A stretch of DNA of 36,111 nt, taken from the NCBI GenBank assembly GCA_028875135.1, contig JAPPFQ010000149.1, positions 1 to 36,111 of the forward strand. The letters run 5' to 3'. The notes under the pieces were generated by a model, which was not told the DNA's origin, searched no databases, and saw only the letters and a list, made by a program, of their open reading frames with translations. Within the stretch, counting starts at the first letter, position 1, and every line of letters begins with the position of its first letter. The position numbers were made by a program, and so were the translations under genes. Positions 23,087 through 31,598 of the stretch are shown piece after piece. The stretch is from Acidobacteriota bacterium. GTDB lineage: Bacteria > Acidobacteriota > Terriglobia > Versatilivoradales > Versatilivoraceae.

Positions 23087-23130
23087 GCAGCGGCCGGACC
23101 CACAACAGCGGGGCTGCGCCCCTGAGAGCG
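23087..23130 (+). repeat. Intergenic hairpin repeat, forward copy
   Basis: GCAGCGGCCGGACCCACAACAGC-GGGGC-TGC-GCCCC-TGAGAGCGG. The 28-nt core is identical to the copy at 21650-21677. Confidence 0.75.
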
Positions 23131-23161
23131 GACGGGCGACACCCAAGGAAGGGACACAAGC

Positions 23162-24619
23162 ATGGCCAAGCCGGACAAGCATCGAGAGCGCGCCGAGCGC
23201 TATCACAAGGAGTTCGCCGCGCAGCTCATCAAGCAGGTCGAGAAAGGCACCGCGCCCTGGCAGAAGTCCTGGAAGGTTGGAGAGCGCATCGGTCCCCGCA
23301 ACCTGGCCAGCGACCGCCCCTACAGCGGCAGCAACACCGTCCGCCTCATGGCCGTGGCCACCGACAAGGGCTATTCCGATTCCCGCTGGGCCACCTACGA
23401 GCAGATCCAGGCGGTCGGCGGCCAGGTGCGCAAGGGTGAGCGCGGGACCCGCATCCTCTCCTTCAAGAGCCATCGGCGGGTCGAGGTCAAGGACGACAAG
23501 GGCACCCCCGTCAAGGACGAAAACGGAAAGCAGGTCTACAGGCACGAAAAGCTGGACCGCCCCCTTACCCGCATCTACACCGTCTTCAACGTCGAGCAGG
23601 CGCGGGGCATCAAGCCCGAGCCCAGGCCTGAGCCCGCCCAGGCCTGGAAGGCCCACAAACGGGCCGAGGACGTTATCAAGGCCTCCGGCGTCCCCGTCAA
23701 GCACGTCCACGGGGACCGCGCCTACTACTCGCTCCCGAGCGACCAGGTCGTGCTTCCCGAGAAGGTGCAGTTCCCGTCCTCCGACACCTACTACCAGACG
23801 GCGCTCCACGAGCTGGGCCACGCCAGCGGCCATCCCGACCGCCTCAACCGCGACACCCTCCAGCAGGGAATCGAGGACGGCTTCGGCTCCCAGGCCTACG
23901 CCCGCGAGGAGCTGCGGGCTGAAATCAGCGCCATGATGACCGGCGACCGGCTGGGCACCGGACACGACCCCAGCCGGGGAGCGGCCTACGTCTCCAGCTG
24001 GGTCCAGGTCCTGGACAAGAACCCCAAGGAGATCCTCAACGCTTCGGCCGAGGCCCAGCGCATGTCCAACTACCTCGTCAGCCGCACCCGGGAGCGGGAG
24101 CAGGATCAGGGCCAAAAGACCCATGAGGCCGCTGCCGGACAACAGCAGGAGCCTCGCTACGTCGAGCAGGCCAAGCAACCTACCGCTGCGCGCGAGCCAG
24201 ACTCGCCAACCCACAGGCATCAGGACGACCATCGCGGCGCTCACGCCGGCAGGCCGAAGGAACCCGGCCGCACCTACCACGTCCGCGAGGTCTCACACCG
24301 GCCTGGCGTCTACACCATTGAAGACACCAAAGAACCCGACCGGCTGGTTCCCTCTCCCTATGGCCGCATGTACACCGGAAAGGCTGAGGCCGAGGAAGGC
24401 ATGAAACGCCTTGTCGAGGCGCAGGACAAGGGCGGGCGCTGGCCCGACAACTACACCCGCGCCGCCCAAGGCCGCATCGTCGAGGCCGAACCGACCTTCA
24501 AGGACCGAGGCTCCGCCGCCCGCGTCACATCCCCTTTCGAGGGCGGTGTGGTCCGGGGGGCCGGACGGCCGGGCGTCCAGAAAGACCAGTTCCCAAGCCG
24601 GGGAGGACCCGAGAGGTAA
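23162..24619 (+). CDS. ardC: ArdC-like antirestriction protein (N-terminal ssDNA-binding domain plus metalloprotease domain) with a long C-terminal extension
   Basis: 485 aa. The N-terminus has GTAPWQKSW...RPYSGSNTVRLM...GYSDSRWATYEQIQAVGGQVRKGERG (DUF1738-type), followed by the HELGHASGH metalloprotease motif. Confidence 0.85.
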   Translation: MAKPDKHRERAERYHKEFAAQLIKQVEKGTAPWQKSWKVGERIGPRNLASDRPYSGSNTVRLMAVATDKGYSDSRWATYEQIQAVGGQVRKGERGTRILSFKSHRRVEVKDDKGTPVKDENGKQVYRHEKLDRPLTRIYTVFNVEQARGIKPEPRPEPAQAWKAHKRAEDVIKASGVPVKHVHGDRAYYSLPSDQVVLPEKVQFPSSDTYYQTALHELGHASGHPDRLNRDTLQQGIEDGFGSQAYAREELRAEISAMMTGDRLGTGHDPSRGAAYVSSWVQVLDKNPKEILNASAEAQRMSNYLVSRTREREQDQGQKTHEAAAGQQQEPRYVEQAKQPTAAREPDSPTHRHQDDHRGAHAGRPKEPGRTYHVREVSHRPGVYTIEDTKEPDRLVPSPYGRMYTGKAEAEEGMKRLVEAQDKGGRWPDNYTRAAQGRIVEAEPTFKDRGSAARVTSPFEGGVVRGAGRPGVQKDQFPSRGGPER

Positions 24620-24622
24620 GCC

Positions 24623-25657
24623 GTGAGTCGCTGGGAGCCTACAATCCGGACACGGGAACAATCGCCAACGGAGCGGCCAGACTCGGATCTCGCCCGCAGC
24701 CTGGCCCGGCTCAAAGCCAGGGAGCGCGCCCTCGAACAACCCACCAAGGGCCAGCGCTACGACAACAGGAGCCCCCAGCACCAACCAAACCGCCGGCAGG
24801 AAAGGCGGCAGCGCCCTAACGGCCGGCGCACCGACATCCGAACCGGCCACCGCCGCGAGCTGGGCCGCAGCCGCCAGAAGGGTCCGGACCAAACCGAACG
24901 CACCCATGCCTGCCTGCGGGAAGTGGGCCTCTATCGCTGCGCTTCCCACCGCGACCTGGTCGAGGCCCACTTCTCCGGCAACCGCTTCGCCGCCGCCAAG
25001 AGCCTCGACAGCCTGGTCCGGTCCGGAGCCATGCAGCAACACCGAGCCAAAGGCCCCAACGGCGGCGCCTTCACCGTCTACACCCTCACCAAATCCGGAG
25101 CCGCCCTGGCACAGCGCCTCGCCGTCAAGCGCGGCCTCGATGCCGACCAGCGCACTTGGTCCGGCATGGTGAAGCCCCGGGAGGCCTCCCACGACGCCGA
25201 CGTGGCCAAGGCCTGCCGCAAGGAGATCGAGGACTTGGCTGCCCGAGGCGCTCGAGTGCGGCGCATCCTGATCGACGCCGAGATGAAAAGCATCCTGGCG
25301 AAACGAAGCGAGGTCGCCAGGGCCAAGGAGGGCAAGGAGGCCGCCGACCGCGAGCGGCAGAGAGCGGCCGAGCAATTACACCTGCCCTGCGACGACCAGG
25401 GCCACGTGCAGGTTCCCGACGCCCAGATCCAGTACGTTGACGAGGCCGGCAACATCGGCCGCGTCAACGTCGAGGTCGCTTCCGACCACTACCGGGAGGC
25501 CAGCGTCAAGGCCAAGAGCGGCGCCGGTTTCTCGATGCACGGCGGAAAGGGCGGCCAGGCCTCCAATACACGCACCAGCCTGTCCTCGCTGGGAGGCGGC
25601 GGAGGACGGCGGGGCGGCGGCCGGGGCGGCCGCGATCCCGCCTCAGTGGAGCTGTGA
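24623..25657 (+). CDS. Replication-relaxation-like winged-helix protein (paralogue of 780..1769)
   Basis: 344 aa from a GTG start 3 nt after the ardC stop, with the same motif pattern (SHDADVAKACRKEIE, PDAQIQYVDEAGNIGRVNVEV) and a Gly/Arg tail. Confidence 0.6.
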   Translation: MSRWEPTIRTREQSPTERPDSDLARSLARLKARERALEQPTKGQRYDNRSPQHQPNRRQERRQRPNGRRTDIRTGHRRELGRSRQKGPDQTERTHACLREVGLYRCASHRDLVEAHFSGNRFAAAKSLDSLVRSGAMQQHRAKGPNGGAFTVYTLTKSGAALAQRLAVKRGLDADQRTWSGMVKPREASHDADVAKACRKEIEDLAARGARVRRILIDAEMKSILAKRSEVARAKEGKEAADRERQRAAEQLHLPCDDQGHVQVPDAQIQYVDEAGNIGRVNVEVASDHYREASVKAKSGAGFSMHGGKGGQASNTRTSLSSLGGGGGRRGGGRGGRDPASVEL

Positions 25658-25658
25658 C

Positions 25659-25973
25659 ATGCACCCGTGGAGAGTCAGCTTTGGCTTGACCGCTACCCTG
25701 GCCGCCTTGGGGGTCCTTTTCGGCTTCGAGCGGCTGGAATATCTGAGGCCCTACGCTTTCCTGATCTGGAAAGAGTACGCGGCCACGGTCCTTGCCCACC
25801 TGGGCGTGCTTCTCCTCTCTATCGCCGCCGGCATCTACTATCTGGCACGCCTGCTGGGCCTGGGCGATGCCGGGCGCAAGGTCGAGCAGGTCGAGCTTGC
25901 AGTCCGCCGCGGCCAGGGAGATCCCGAGCTGGCCGCCGCCCTGCAACGCGACACTGAAGGACGATGGGAATAG
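25659..25973 (+). CDS. Small membrane protein (paralogue of 1771..2085)
   Basis: 104 aa, MHPWRVSFGLTATLAALGVLFGF..., with a TGAcATG junction. Confidence 0.65.
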   Translation: MHPWRVSFGLTATLAALGVLFGFERLEYLRPYAFLIWKEYAATVLAHLGVLLLSIAAGIYYLARLLGLGDAGRKVEQVELAVRRGQGDPELAAALQRDTEGRWE

Positions 25974-26059
25974 GGTTTCTTGTTGGCTTGGGTATCGGCT
26001 TCGTGATTGGAGGATTGCTGGGCCTGTTGTGCTACATCGGCCTCGCATGGAACAAATGA
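25964..26059 (+). CDS. Conserved 31-aa hydrophobic mini-protein (paralogue of 2076..2171)
   Basis: MGIGFLVGLGIGFVIGGLLGLLCYIGLAWNK, with the same overlap geometry as the first copy. Confidence 0.55.
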   Translation: MGIGFLVGLGIGFVIGGLLGLLCYIGLAWNK

Positions 26060-26297
26060 GTCCCTGACCAGCCCCAATCGACGGGTTCGGATTTTTCGCT
26101 CGGATCGGGCGCAAAAAAAGGCCGTAGGATGCCCTGTGAGCCACTTTCTCGGGGGCCGGCATACTCCAGCACCCCGGAATTTCGGGGGCCGTCAGCCCGA
26201 ACTGAGCATTTCCCTTGTGAGGTGTTTTTCAACTGGTGGAGGTGTGAACGGGCTGCATACGCACAAGATGTTGTGGTATGGTAATTGCAAAAGTGAA

Positions 26298-26320
26298 AAC
26301 CCCGGCTATTAACCGGGGTT
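26298..26320. terminator. 8-bp GC-rich hairpin (AACCCCGG-CTATTAA-CCGGGGTT) flanked by A-rich and T-containing tracts
   Basis: It is preceded by AAAAGTGAAA and followed by CTCGTT. It lies at the end of the conserved non-coding blocks, 60 nt upstream of the rep ATG. Confidence 0.4.
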
Positions 26321-26380
26321 CTCGTTGCGTTTCCAGTTGGAGCTGGTCGCGCGGCGGGCATCCGATGTGGACCCCATCGA

Positions 26381-27430
26381 ATGCAAAAAGATCCTACCAA
26401 TAATTCCCGCGCAGTTCAAGCCATTTACTACGCAGGCGGTCACTTCGTCCTGTGCCTGGAGGACAAGCGTCCCCTCTGGCGGTCCTGGCAGAAGCTCCGG
26501 CCAGGCCTGGACGTGGTGCTGGCGCATCCTGGACCCCTGGGGCTGAAACCCTGGTCCATCAGCACGTCCGCCCTGGACGTGGACACGGGCGATCCGGGGG
26601 ATCTGATCGAGGCCTGGCCGCCCATGGCTGTCCTCAATTCCAGGAGGTCCGACGGCAAGCACCTGTACTATTCAGATACCGAGGGCCGGGGGAATAGCCA
26701 CTTCGAGACCTACGGCTGCGCCGGCGAGGTCCGCAGCGCTAAGGGCTACCTGATCCTGTGGCACGATGGCGCCCAACGCCTGGCCGATGCGCTGGGAGAT
26801 CCCTTGGCGAGGGCACGGCGCTGGCCCCGTGACCTGTTCGAGCTCGCCGGCCTGCCGGCCGTTACGTTGCCGGCAGCCGTCAAGACACCCGCCTACAGCT
26901 ACAAGCCGAGCGACCACTCCAGGCAGACCTGGGCGTCGGCTGCCGCAGGGGTCGCGCTGGAGACCATCAGGCCAGGCCGCCGGAACGTCAATCTATTCGA
27001 TGCAGTCCGGTTCTGGGCCTACTCGGTCCCCAGGGGCAACGACCTGCAGGCCTGGAACCGCCGCGTCCAGCTCCACGCCCTGCAACAGAACCGGCGCTTT
27101 CCGCAGCCGCTCGATGGGCGAGAAGTGATCCAGACGGCCTACTCGATCTCGACCTGGTGCTGGTCCGGAGGAGGAGCTAAGTTGCACTATCCAAATTACT
27201 TCCGTCACGACAGCCAGAATCAGAGAAAGCGAGGGATCAAGGGTGGTTTGGTCTCCGGCAAGGTGCGACGGGCCAGGAATCGACCGAGAGACACGGCTTG
27301 GCGTGCTGCTCACGCTGCGGGCCAAAGCATGCGATCAATCGCCAAGGAGTACGGAGTTGAGCATAGTACCGTGCTTAGGGTGGTGCGCGAAGCCGAAATC
27401 AGTTCGGCTGTGGGTGAACTACTGACGTGA
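26381..27430 (+). CDS. Plasmid replicase of the Prim-Pol / PriCT type with a C-terminal HTH
   Basis: 349 aa. The N-terminus AVQAIYYAGGHFVLCLEDKRPLWRSW...ALDVDTGD...KHLYY is Prim-Pol-like. GRRNVNLFDAVRFWAY is typical of the primase C-terminal (PriCT)/ColE2-pAL5000 Rep block. The C-terminal HTH is MRSIAKEYGVEHSTVLRVV. Confidence 0.6.
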   Translation: MQKDPTNNSRAVQAIYYAGGHFVLCLEDKRPLWRSWQKLRPGLDVVLAHPGPLGLKPWSISTSALDVDTGDPGDLIEAWPPMAVLNSRRSDGKHLYYSDTEGRGNSHFETYGCAGEVRSAKGYLILWHDGAQRLADALGDPLARARRWPRDLFELAGLPAVTLPAAVKTPAYSYKPSDHSRQTWASAAAGVALETIRPGRRNVNLFDAVRFWAYSVPRGNDLQAWNRRVQLHALQQNRRFPQPLDGREVIQTAYSISTWCWSGGGAKLHYPNYFRHDSQNQRKRGIKGGLVSGKVRRARNRPRDTAWRAAHAAGQSMRSIAKEYGVEHSTVLRVVREAEISSAVGELLT

Positions 27431-27622
27431 TCTACGAAGTTAGGAAAAGGGGGGTTTGGGGGGAAGCCTCCAACTCTCTCATTATGCCGGCGGCTGTTCT
27501 GGCCGGAACCCGATTTGGCAGGGCCTTTCTTACGGAGCTGGGCCTCTCGGAACAGCGCGGCCTGTGGAAAAATCGCGCGCGCCGTCGAGTGACGATCGGT
27601 TTTTGCTTCCCAGGACCGATTT

Positions 27623-27859
27623 TCAGCCGCTCTCGAGATTGAAAGCGTTCACCTCATCCTGACTCAGTGGCCGGAGGGTGAAAACATCCTCAAGGCGGAC
27701 GATCTCGCTGGGAAACAGCGACTGCCCGAGGCATTGCTTGGCCTGCTTCAGGGTTCGATGCCCCAGCCGACGCCCACAAGCCCCACAGACAGGCTCAGCC
27801 CCCACGTCCTGCATCTGCTGACCGATGAGCCGAACCAGCCATCGCTTGGCGGCCATCAC
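27623..27859 (-). CDS. Hypothetical small protein (weak call)
   Basis: 78-aa ORF with a CGACGRRLGH Cys pair. The SD spacing is poor and I recognise no homology. Confidence 0.25.
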   Translation of the reverse strand: MMAAKRWLVRLIGQQMQDVGAEPVCGACGRRLGHRTLKQAKQCLGQSLFPSEIVRLEDVFTLRPLSQDEVNAFNLESG

Positions 27860-28303
27860 GTCCCTCGGTAGTACAGTTCCGCGAGCTTCCGACTCATCGC
27901 GGCGCGGCTTTGCTCTCCCTGGGCTACACTACTCAAGTTCACGACGACTCCCAGGCAACTCACGCACCAGCATTCACTCTAAACGTTTAGCTCAGGGTTG
28001 CGGGCCCCCGCCATCCCCGAATCCACTTTGTCGGGAGAAGTCGCCGAACTCCGTGCCGAGGTTACCCGCCTTCGTGCGGAGCGCGAGGAGCGAACCGAGC
28101 AAGACATTTCATCCCCTCGCCAAACGATCCATTAGCCCACCCCCGGGACACATTTGAACAAGGGGCCGCCTTTCTATCCGACGAGGCAGTGCGGCTCTGG
28201 CGCCGGCTCGCATTAGTAGCGGTGCATCCACCGGAGAGAAGACTTGGTGTAGAGTAAGCATGGAACTCGGAACCCAAAAACCAGCAAGAAAGGCGGTAAA
28301 AAC

Positions 28304-28546
28304 ATGAGTTTTGCGAACCGAATCAACCAGCTGCTGGCCGCGTCGATCGGTGTGGTCAACGCAGGCCTGGCGATCGTCTTGATCTTGTCCGCGCTCACAG
28401 TCTCCATCAACTGGTTTGGCTGGGTCGTTGGAATCATCCTCGGCCTCCTGGCTGGTGGCGCTTGCGCGGTGGCGGTCTGCGGTGCTCTGGCTATTCTGGT
28501 CAACATCAGGGACCTGTTGCAAGAGTCACTGCGCAACCGGCCGTGA
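28304..28546 (+). CDS. Small polytopic membrane protein
   Basis: 80 aa with AAAGGCGGTAAAAACATG upstream and 2-3 hydrophobic helices (AASIGVVNAGLAIVLILSALTV, WFGWVVGIILGLLAGGACAVAVCGALAILV). Confidence 0.5.
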   Translation: MSFANRINQLLAASIGVVNAGLAIVLILSALTVSINWFGWVVGIILGLLAGGACAVAVCGALAILVNIRDLLQESLRNRP

Positions 28547-28973
28547 CGGTAGTTGCACTCCGCCGCCGAGCTATGGCGGCTCATCCTTCATCCCACTCCG
28601 CCGCAGATTCCCGACGAGCGCGACCGGGACGCCTACGCCTGAGCATTGCGTCGTCTTCCCCTGCCCTGCTTTTCTCTAGGTGAGCGCTGGCCCGCCAGCC
28701 TTCCCAAATCCCTTCCCTGCCCCATCCTTCACTCGGGCCTTTGGTTGCCTCCAGCTGCTCGCCTGGCGCTTGGTCCGCTGGGCCGGCGCAATCCAGCCGC
28801 CAGAACGCTTACGCTCGCCCAACGGGCGTCTGTCAACGTGGCTTGCCCATGCCGGCCTGGCGCGGCCCTCGACTGGGCTCCGCTTCGTCCTCCCGCTCGG
28901 GTTTGGCCGGTGCCGCCAGTCCTGGGTGAGCGGCACACGCTCACAAACCCTTAACGCTTAGGAGGAACAACCA

Positions 28974-29249
28974 ATGGCAAACCAAAGACCCATCGAGACC
29001 GTTCGGATCGGATCCGTCAAGGCCGCGATTTGGGGAATTCAGGCTGGCGAGCGCACGCGCTACAACGTCACCTTCTCGAAGCGCTACCGCGACGCGCAAG
29101 GGCAGTGGAAGACGACGCACAGCTTCGGCCGCAACGACCTGCTGGTTCTCGCCAAGGTCGCCGATCAAGCCCACTCCCAGATTCTCGTTCTCGAAGCGGA
29201 GCAGGCCGAAGACACCAACGGCCAGGATGACGACGATGAGCCGCCATAG
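28974..29249 (+). CDS. PC4-like small ssDNA-binding candidate (copy 2, identical to 3380..3655)
   Basis: Identical translation at offset 25,594. Confidence 0.6.
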   Translation: MANQRPIETVRIGSVKAAIWGIQAGERTRYNVTFSKRYRDAQGQWKTTHSFGRNDLLVLAKVADQAHSQILVLEAEQAEDTNGQDDDDEPP

Positions 29250-29255
29250 CTCGGC

Positions 29256-29280
29256 GGGCGGCGGGTCACTCCCGCCGCCC
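29256..29280 (+). terminator. GC hairpin (copy 2 of 3662..3686)
   Basis: Identical sequence at offset 25,594. Confidence 0.5.
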
Positions 29281-29327
29281 TTCCCTTCCCGGCTCGCTTG
29301 ACCTATTATCTACCTGGAGACACTGAA

Positions 29328-29657
29328 ATGACCGACTTTGAAACCGCCACCTTGACCGCCCAATACGCCACCGCCATCGCCCAGGTCCTGATCGGGCTCG
29401 GCCAGATCGCCGTGGTCTGGTACGGCATCAACCGCATGGTGTCAGCTAACGATGCCCGTGCCCTGGCTGGCGACCGGCAGGAGCGGGAAAGCGAACGCCG
29501 CCACGCCGAAAGCATGGCCGCCCTGCAAGGGCTGATCCGAGGCCTGGATAACCAGGGCGAGGCGTTGAAGAATCAGGGCCAGGCCTTGAGCCGGCAGGGC
29601 CTGGCGCTCGAAACCCTGATCGCCCGGACCGGCGGCAGCGGGACCGCGACCGCGTGA
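29328..29657 (+). CDS. Small N-terminal-TM coiled-coil protein (copy 2)
   Basis: Identical to 3734..4063. Confidence 0.6.
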   Translation: MTDFETATLTAQYATAIAQVLIGLGQIAVVWYGINRMVSANDARALAGDRQERESERRHAESMAALQGLIRGLDNQGEALKNQGQALSRQGLALETLIARTGGSGTATA

Positions 29658-29763
29658 CGGTCCCTCCTGGATTCCGGACGTCGCGTTTGTGACGTCCGGA
29701 TTTCCTTCGACACACCGAGCCACTTTCTCCCGCGATACGGGATACCTTCCCTCCACTCAACTT

Positions 29764-29797
29764 CCACAGGCGGCGGGGCTTCGCCCCTGAGAGAGAG
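29764..29797 (+). repeat. Intergenic hairpin repeat (copy 2 of 4170..4203)
   Basis: Identical at offset 25,594. Confidence 0.7.
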
Positions 29798-29944
29798 CAG
29801 ATCGGGAGGGGAAAGAGTCCGTAGGATGCCCTGTGAGCGACTTTCTCAGGCTCCGACGACCTGTAGCACTCGGGAAATCGAGCCGGCCACGGCGGGAGCT
29901 AGCCGCCGCGAGGCACAAGATGTTGTGGTCGAGGATTCAGCCGG

Positions 29945-30193
29945 CTAGAGTAGCTTCGTCAAGCCTACAATCAAGGCGACAATGCCGGCCCCCTGAATCC
30001 ACAAGGCCCGGAAGACTTCAGCCTTGAGGTCGGCGATGTCGGTCTTGACTTCTGCGATGTCGGTCTTGGTAGCGACCGTATCGGTGAAGGCCTCGGCCAG
30101 GGTGTCCACCACCGCGTCGGCCTGACCTTCCGCGAATCCGGCTGCCTGGAGGGTGCGGACAGCCTTGCGAGTGTCAAACGTGATAGTAGCCAT
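29945..30193 (-). CDS. DUF1640-like protein (copy 2)
   Basis: Identical to 4351..4599. Confidence 0.75.
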   Translation of the reverse strand: MATITFDTRKAVRTLQAAGFAEGQADAVVDTLAEAFTDTVATKTDIAEVKTDIADLKAEVFRALWIQGAGIVALIVGLTKLL

Positions 30194-30308
30194 GAGCTTC
30201 TTCCTTCCCCAAAGTCTACCACACCTTCCCACCTAAACCAGACGTAATTACGCAGGCACGAAATAATGTGGTTGCGTAGACGCGCATCTGTGGTATTGTG
30301 TTTTAACG

Positions 30309-30923
30309 ATGCGCACGATTGTCATTGCAGCTCGCAAAGGCGGAGCCGGCAAAACCACCCTTACCCGCAACCTGGCGGTTGCCGCATGCGAGGCCGGCCA
30401 GCGGGTGCTGTGCCTCGATCTCGATCCCCAGGCCTCGCTTCGTGGTTGGTGGGACAGACGGGAAGTGGAGTCCCCCTCGATGCTTGACCGTGACCCCCAG
30501 CCAGCCGAGATACAGGCCGCCCTGGAGGCCGTGGCCGAGGCCTTCGACCTGTGTCTGATCGACACCCCGCCCACTAGGGCCGAATGGCTGAACGAGGCGC
30601 TGGTGAACGCGGACCTGGTATTGATTCCGGTACGGCCGTCTCCGGACGACCTGAGCGCCGTTGGCAACACACTCGCCGGCGTGAGCCGAGCGAGGATACC
30701 GTTTGCCTTCGTCCTGTCGCAGACACCCCGCGCCAGGATCACCGACGAAGCAGCTCGCGTCCTGGCGCAGCACGGCCGAGTGGCCCCGGTCAACATCAGC
30801 CATCGCGTCGTCTATGCTGAGACCGGGGCGACCGGCGAGGGAGTCACGGAAACCGGGAACAAGAAAGCCGCCGCAGAATTTGTGGCCTTGTGGGATTACC
30901 TGAAAGGAATGCTCGATGGCTAA
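30309..30923 (+). CDS. parA: ParA/Soj-family partition ATPase (copy 2)
   Basis: Identical to 4715..5329. Confidence 0.9.
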   Translation: MRTIVIAARKGGAGKTTLTRNLAVAACEAGQRVLCLDLDPQASLRGWWDRREVESPSMLDRDPQPAEIQAALEAVAEAFDLCLIDTPPTRAEWLNEALVNADLVLIPVRPSPDDLSAVGNTLAGVSRARIPFAFVLSQTPRARITDEAARVLAQHGRVAPVNISHRVVYAETGATGEGVTETGNKKAAAEFVALWDYLKGMLDG

Positions 30924-31158
30924 AAAACCCCTAGGGCTCGATGGATTGCTGAAAGGCGATGCGCCCCAACAGGAATCCGCTCCACGTCAAGCCCCATCGA
31001 CTCCCGTGCAAAAGCAACCTGGTGAGAAGCGTGTAACCGTTGCCCTGGATGGAGCGACCTATCGCCGCCTGCGGCTGTACGCCGCCAACACGGACTTGAC
31101 CCACCAGACAATTCTTGAACGCGCACTTGCACAGTATCTGAATAACGCAAATGCGTAA
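30916..31158 (+). CDS. RHH ParG-like protein (copy 2)
   Basis: Identical to 5322..5564. Confidence 0.55.
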   Translation: MAKKPLGLDGLLKGDAPQQESAPRQAPSTPVQKQPGEKRVTVALDGATYRRLRLYAANTDLTHQTILERALAQYLNNANA

Positions 31159-31210
31159 TTGCGCGAACGAGGCCGGGTGACGCTCACGAACATCTACCGC
31201 TGCGCCAATA

Positions 31211-31498
31211 TCAAAAGAAGGCGATCTTGAGAAGCAGGAGGATAATGGCCGGGCCGAAGAAGTACTTGACGATCTTGAGATCCGCTTTCACCCCTGCAAT
31301 TTCAGCCTTCAGATCGGCGATGTCGGTCTTGACTTCTGCGATGTCGATCTTGACTTCTGCGATGTCGGTCTTGGTAGCGACCGTATCGGTGAAGGCCTCG
31401 GCCACGGACTGCACGATGGCTTCGGCGTGCGCCTCCTCGATGCCGGCGGCCTTGAGTTTGCGGCTGGCTTTCAGGGTGTCGAATACGGCGGTGGTCAT
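31211..31498 (-). CDS. DUF1640-like protein (copy 2)
   Basis: Identical to 5617..5904. Confidence 0.75.
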   Translation of the reverse strand: MTTAVFDTLKASRKLKAAGIEEAHAEAIVQSVAEAFTDTVATKTDIAEVKIDIAEVKTDIADLKAEIAGVKADLKIVKYFFGPAIILLLLKIAFF

Positions 31499-31529
31499 GC
31501 CCTTACTCCCATGGCAAGAGTTTAGCACA

Positions 31530-31561
31530 CTCTCTCAGAGGCGCACCCCCCCCGCCTGTGG
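31530..31561 (-). repeat. Intergenic hairpin repeat, reverse copy (copy 2 of 5936..5967)
   Basis: Identical at offset 25,594. Confidence 0.6.
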
Positions 31562-31598
31562 CGCAGGCCGCCCTGACTTTCCCGGTGCTGCAGGTCGT

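Larger units (their letters stand above)
3036..28627 (+). mobile_element. One complete unit (about 25.6 kb) of a conjugative plasmid-like element: partition, recombinase, T4SS, primase, ArdC, Rep
   Basis: The unit is bounded by the points where homology to the next unit begins (3036/28628). It contains a full MPF gene set, a coupling protein, parA, a primase and a Rep gene. No integrase or att-type tRNA target was seen, so a plasmid is favoured over an ICE. Confidence 0.6.

Noticed and set aside
22892-25375. Long minus-strand ORFs (22892..24280, 24293..25375; likewise 273..935 and 948..1808)
   Set aside because: They are antisense to ardC and the wHTH genes. They show no SD or motifs and have a GC-artefact composition.
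27985-28004. tRNA-like D-arm word GTTTAGCTCAGGGTTGCGGG
   Set aside because: No matching acceptor stem, anticodon arm or T-arm (GTTCRANYC) could be folded around it. No tRNA is called anywhere in the window.
28028-28135. Short frame encoding a leucine-zipper-like LSGEVAELRAEVTRLRAEREERTEQD, reminiscent of IS3-family OrfA
   Set aside because: It is only about 35 codons long, with no ATG or SD, no adjacent transposase body and no terminal inverted repeats. At most it is a remnant.
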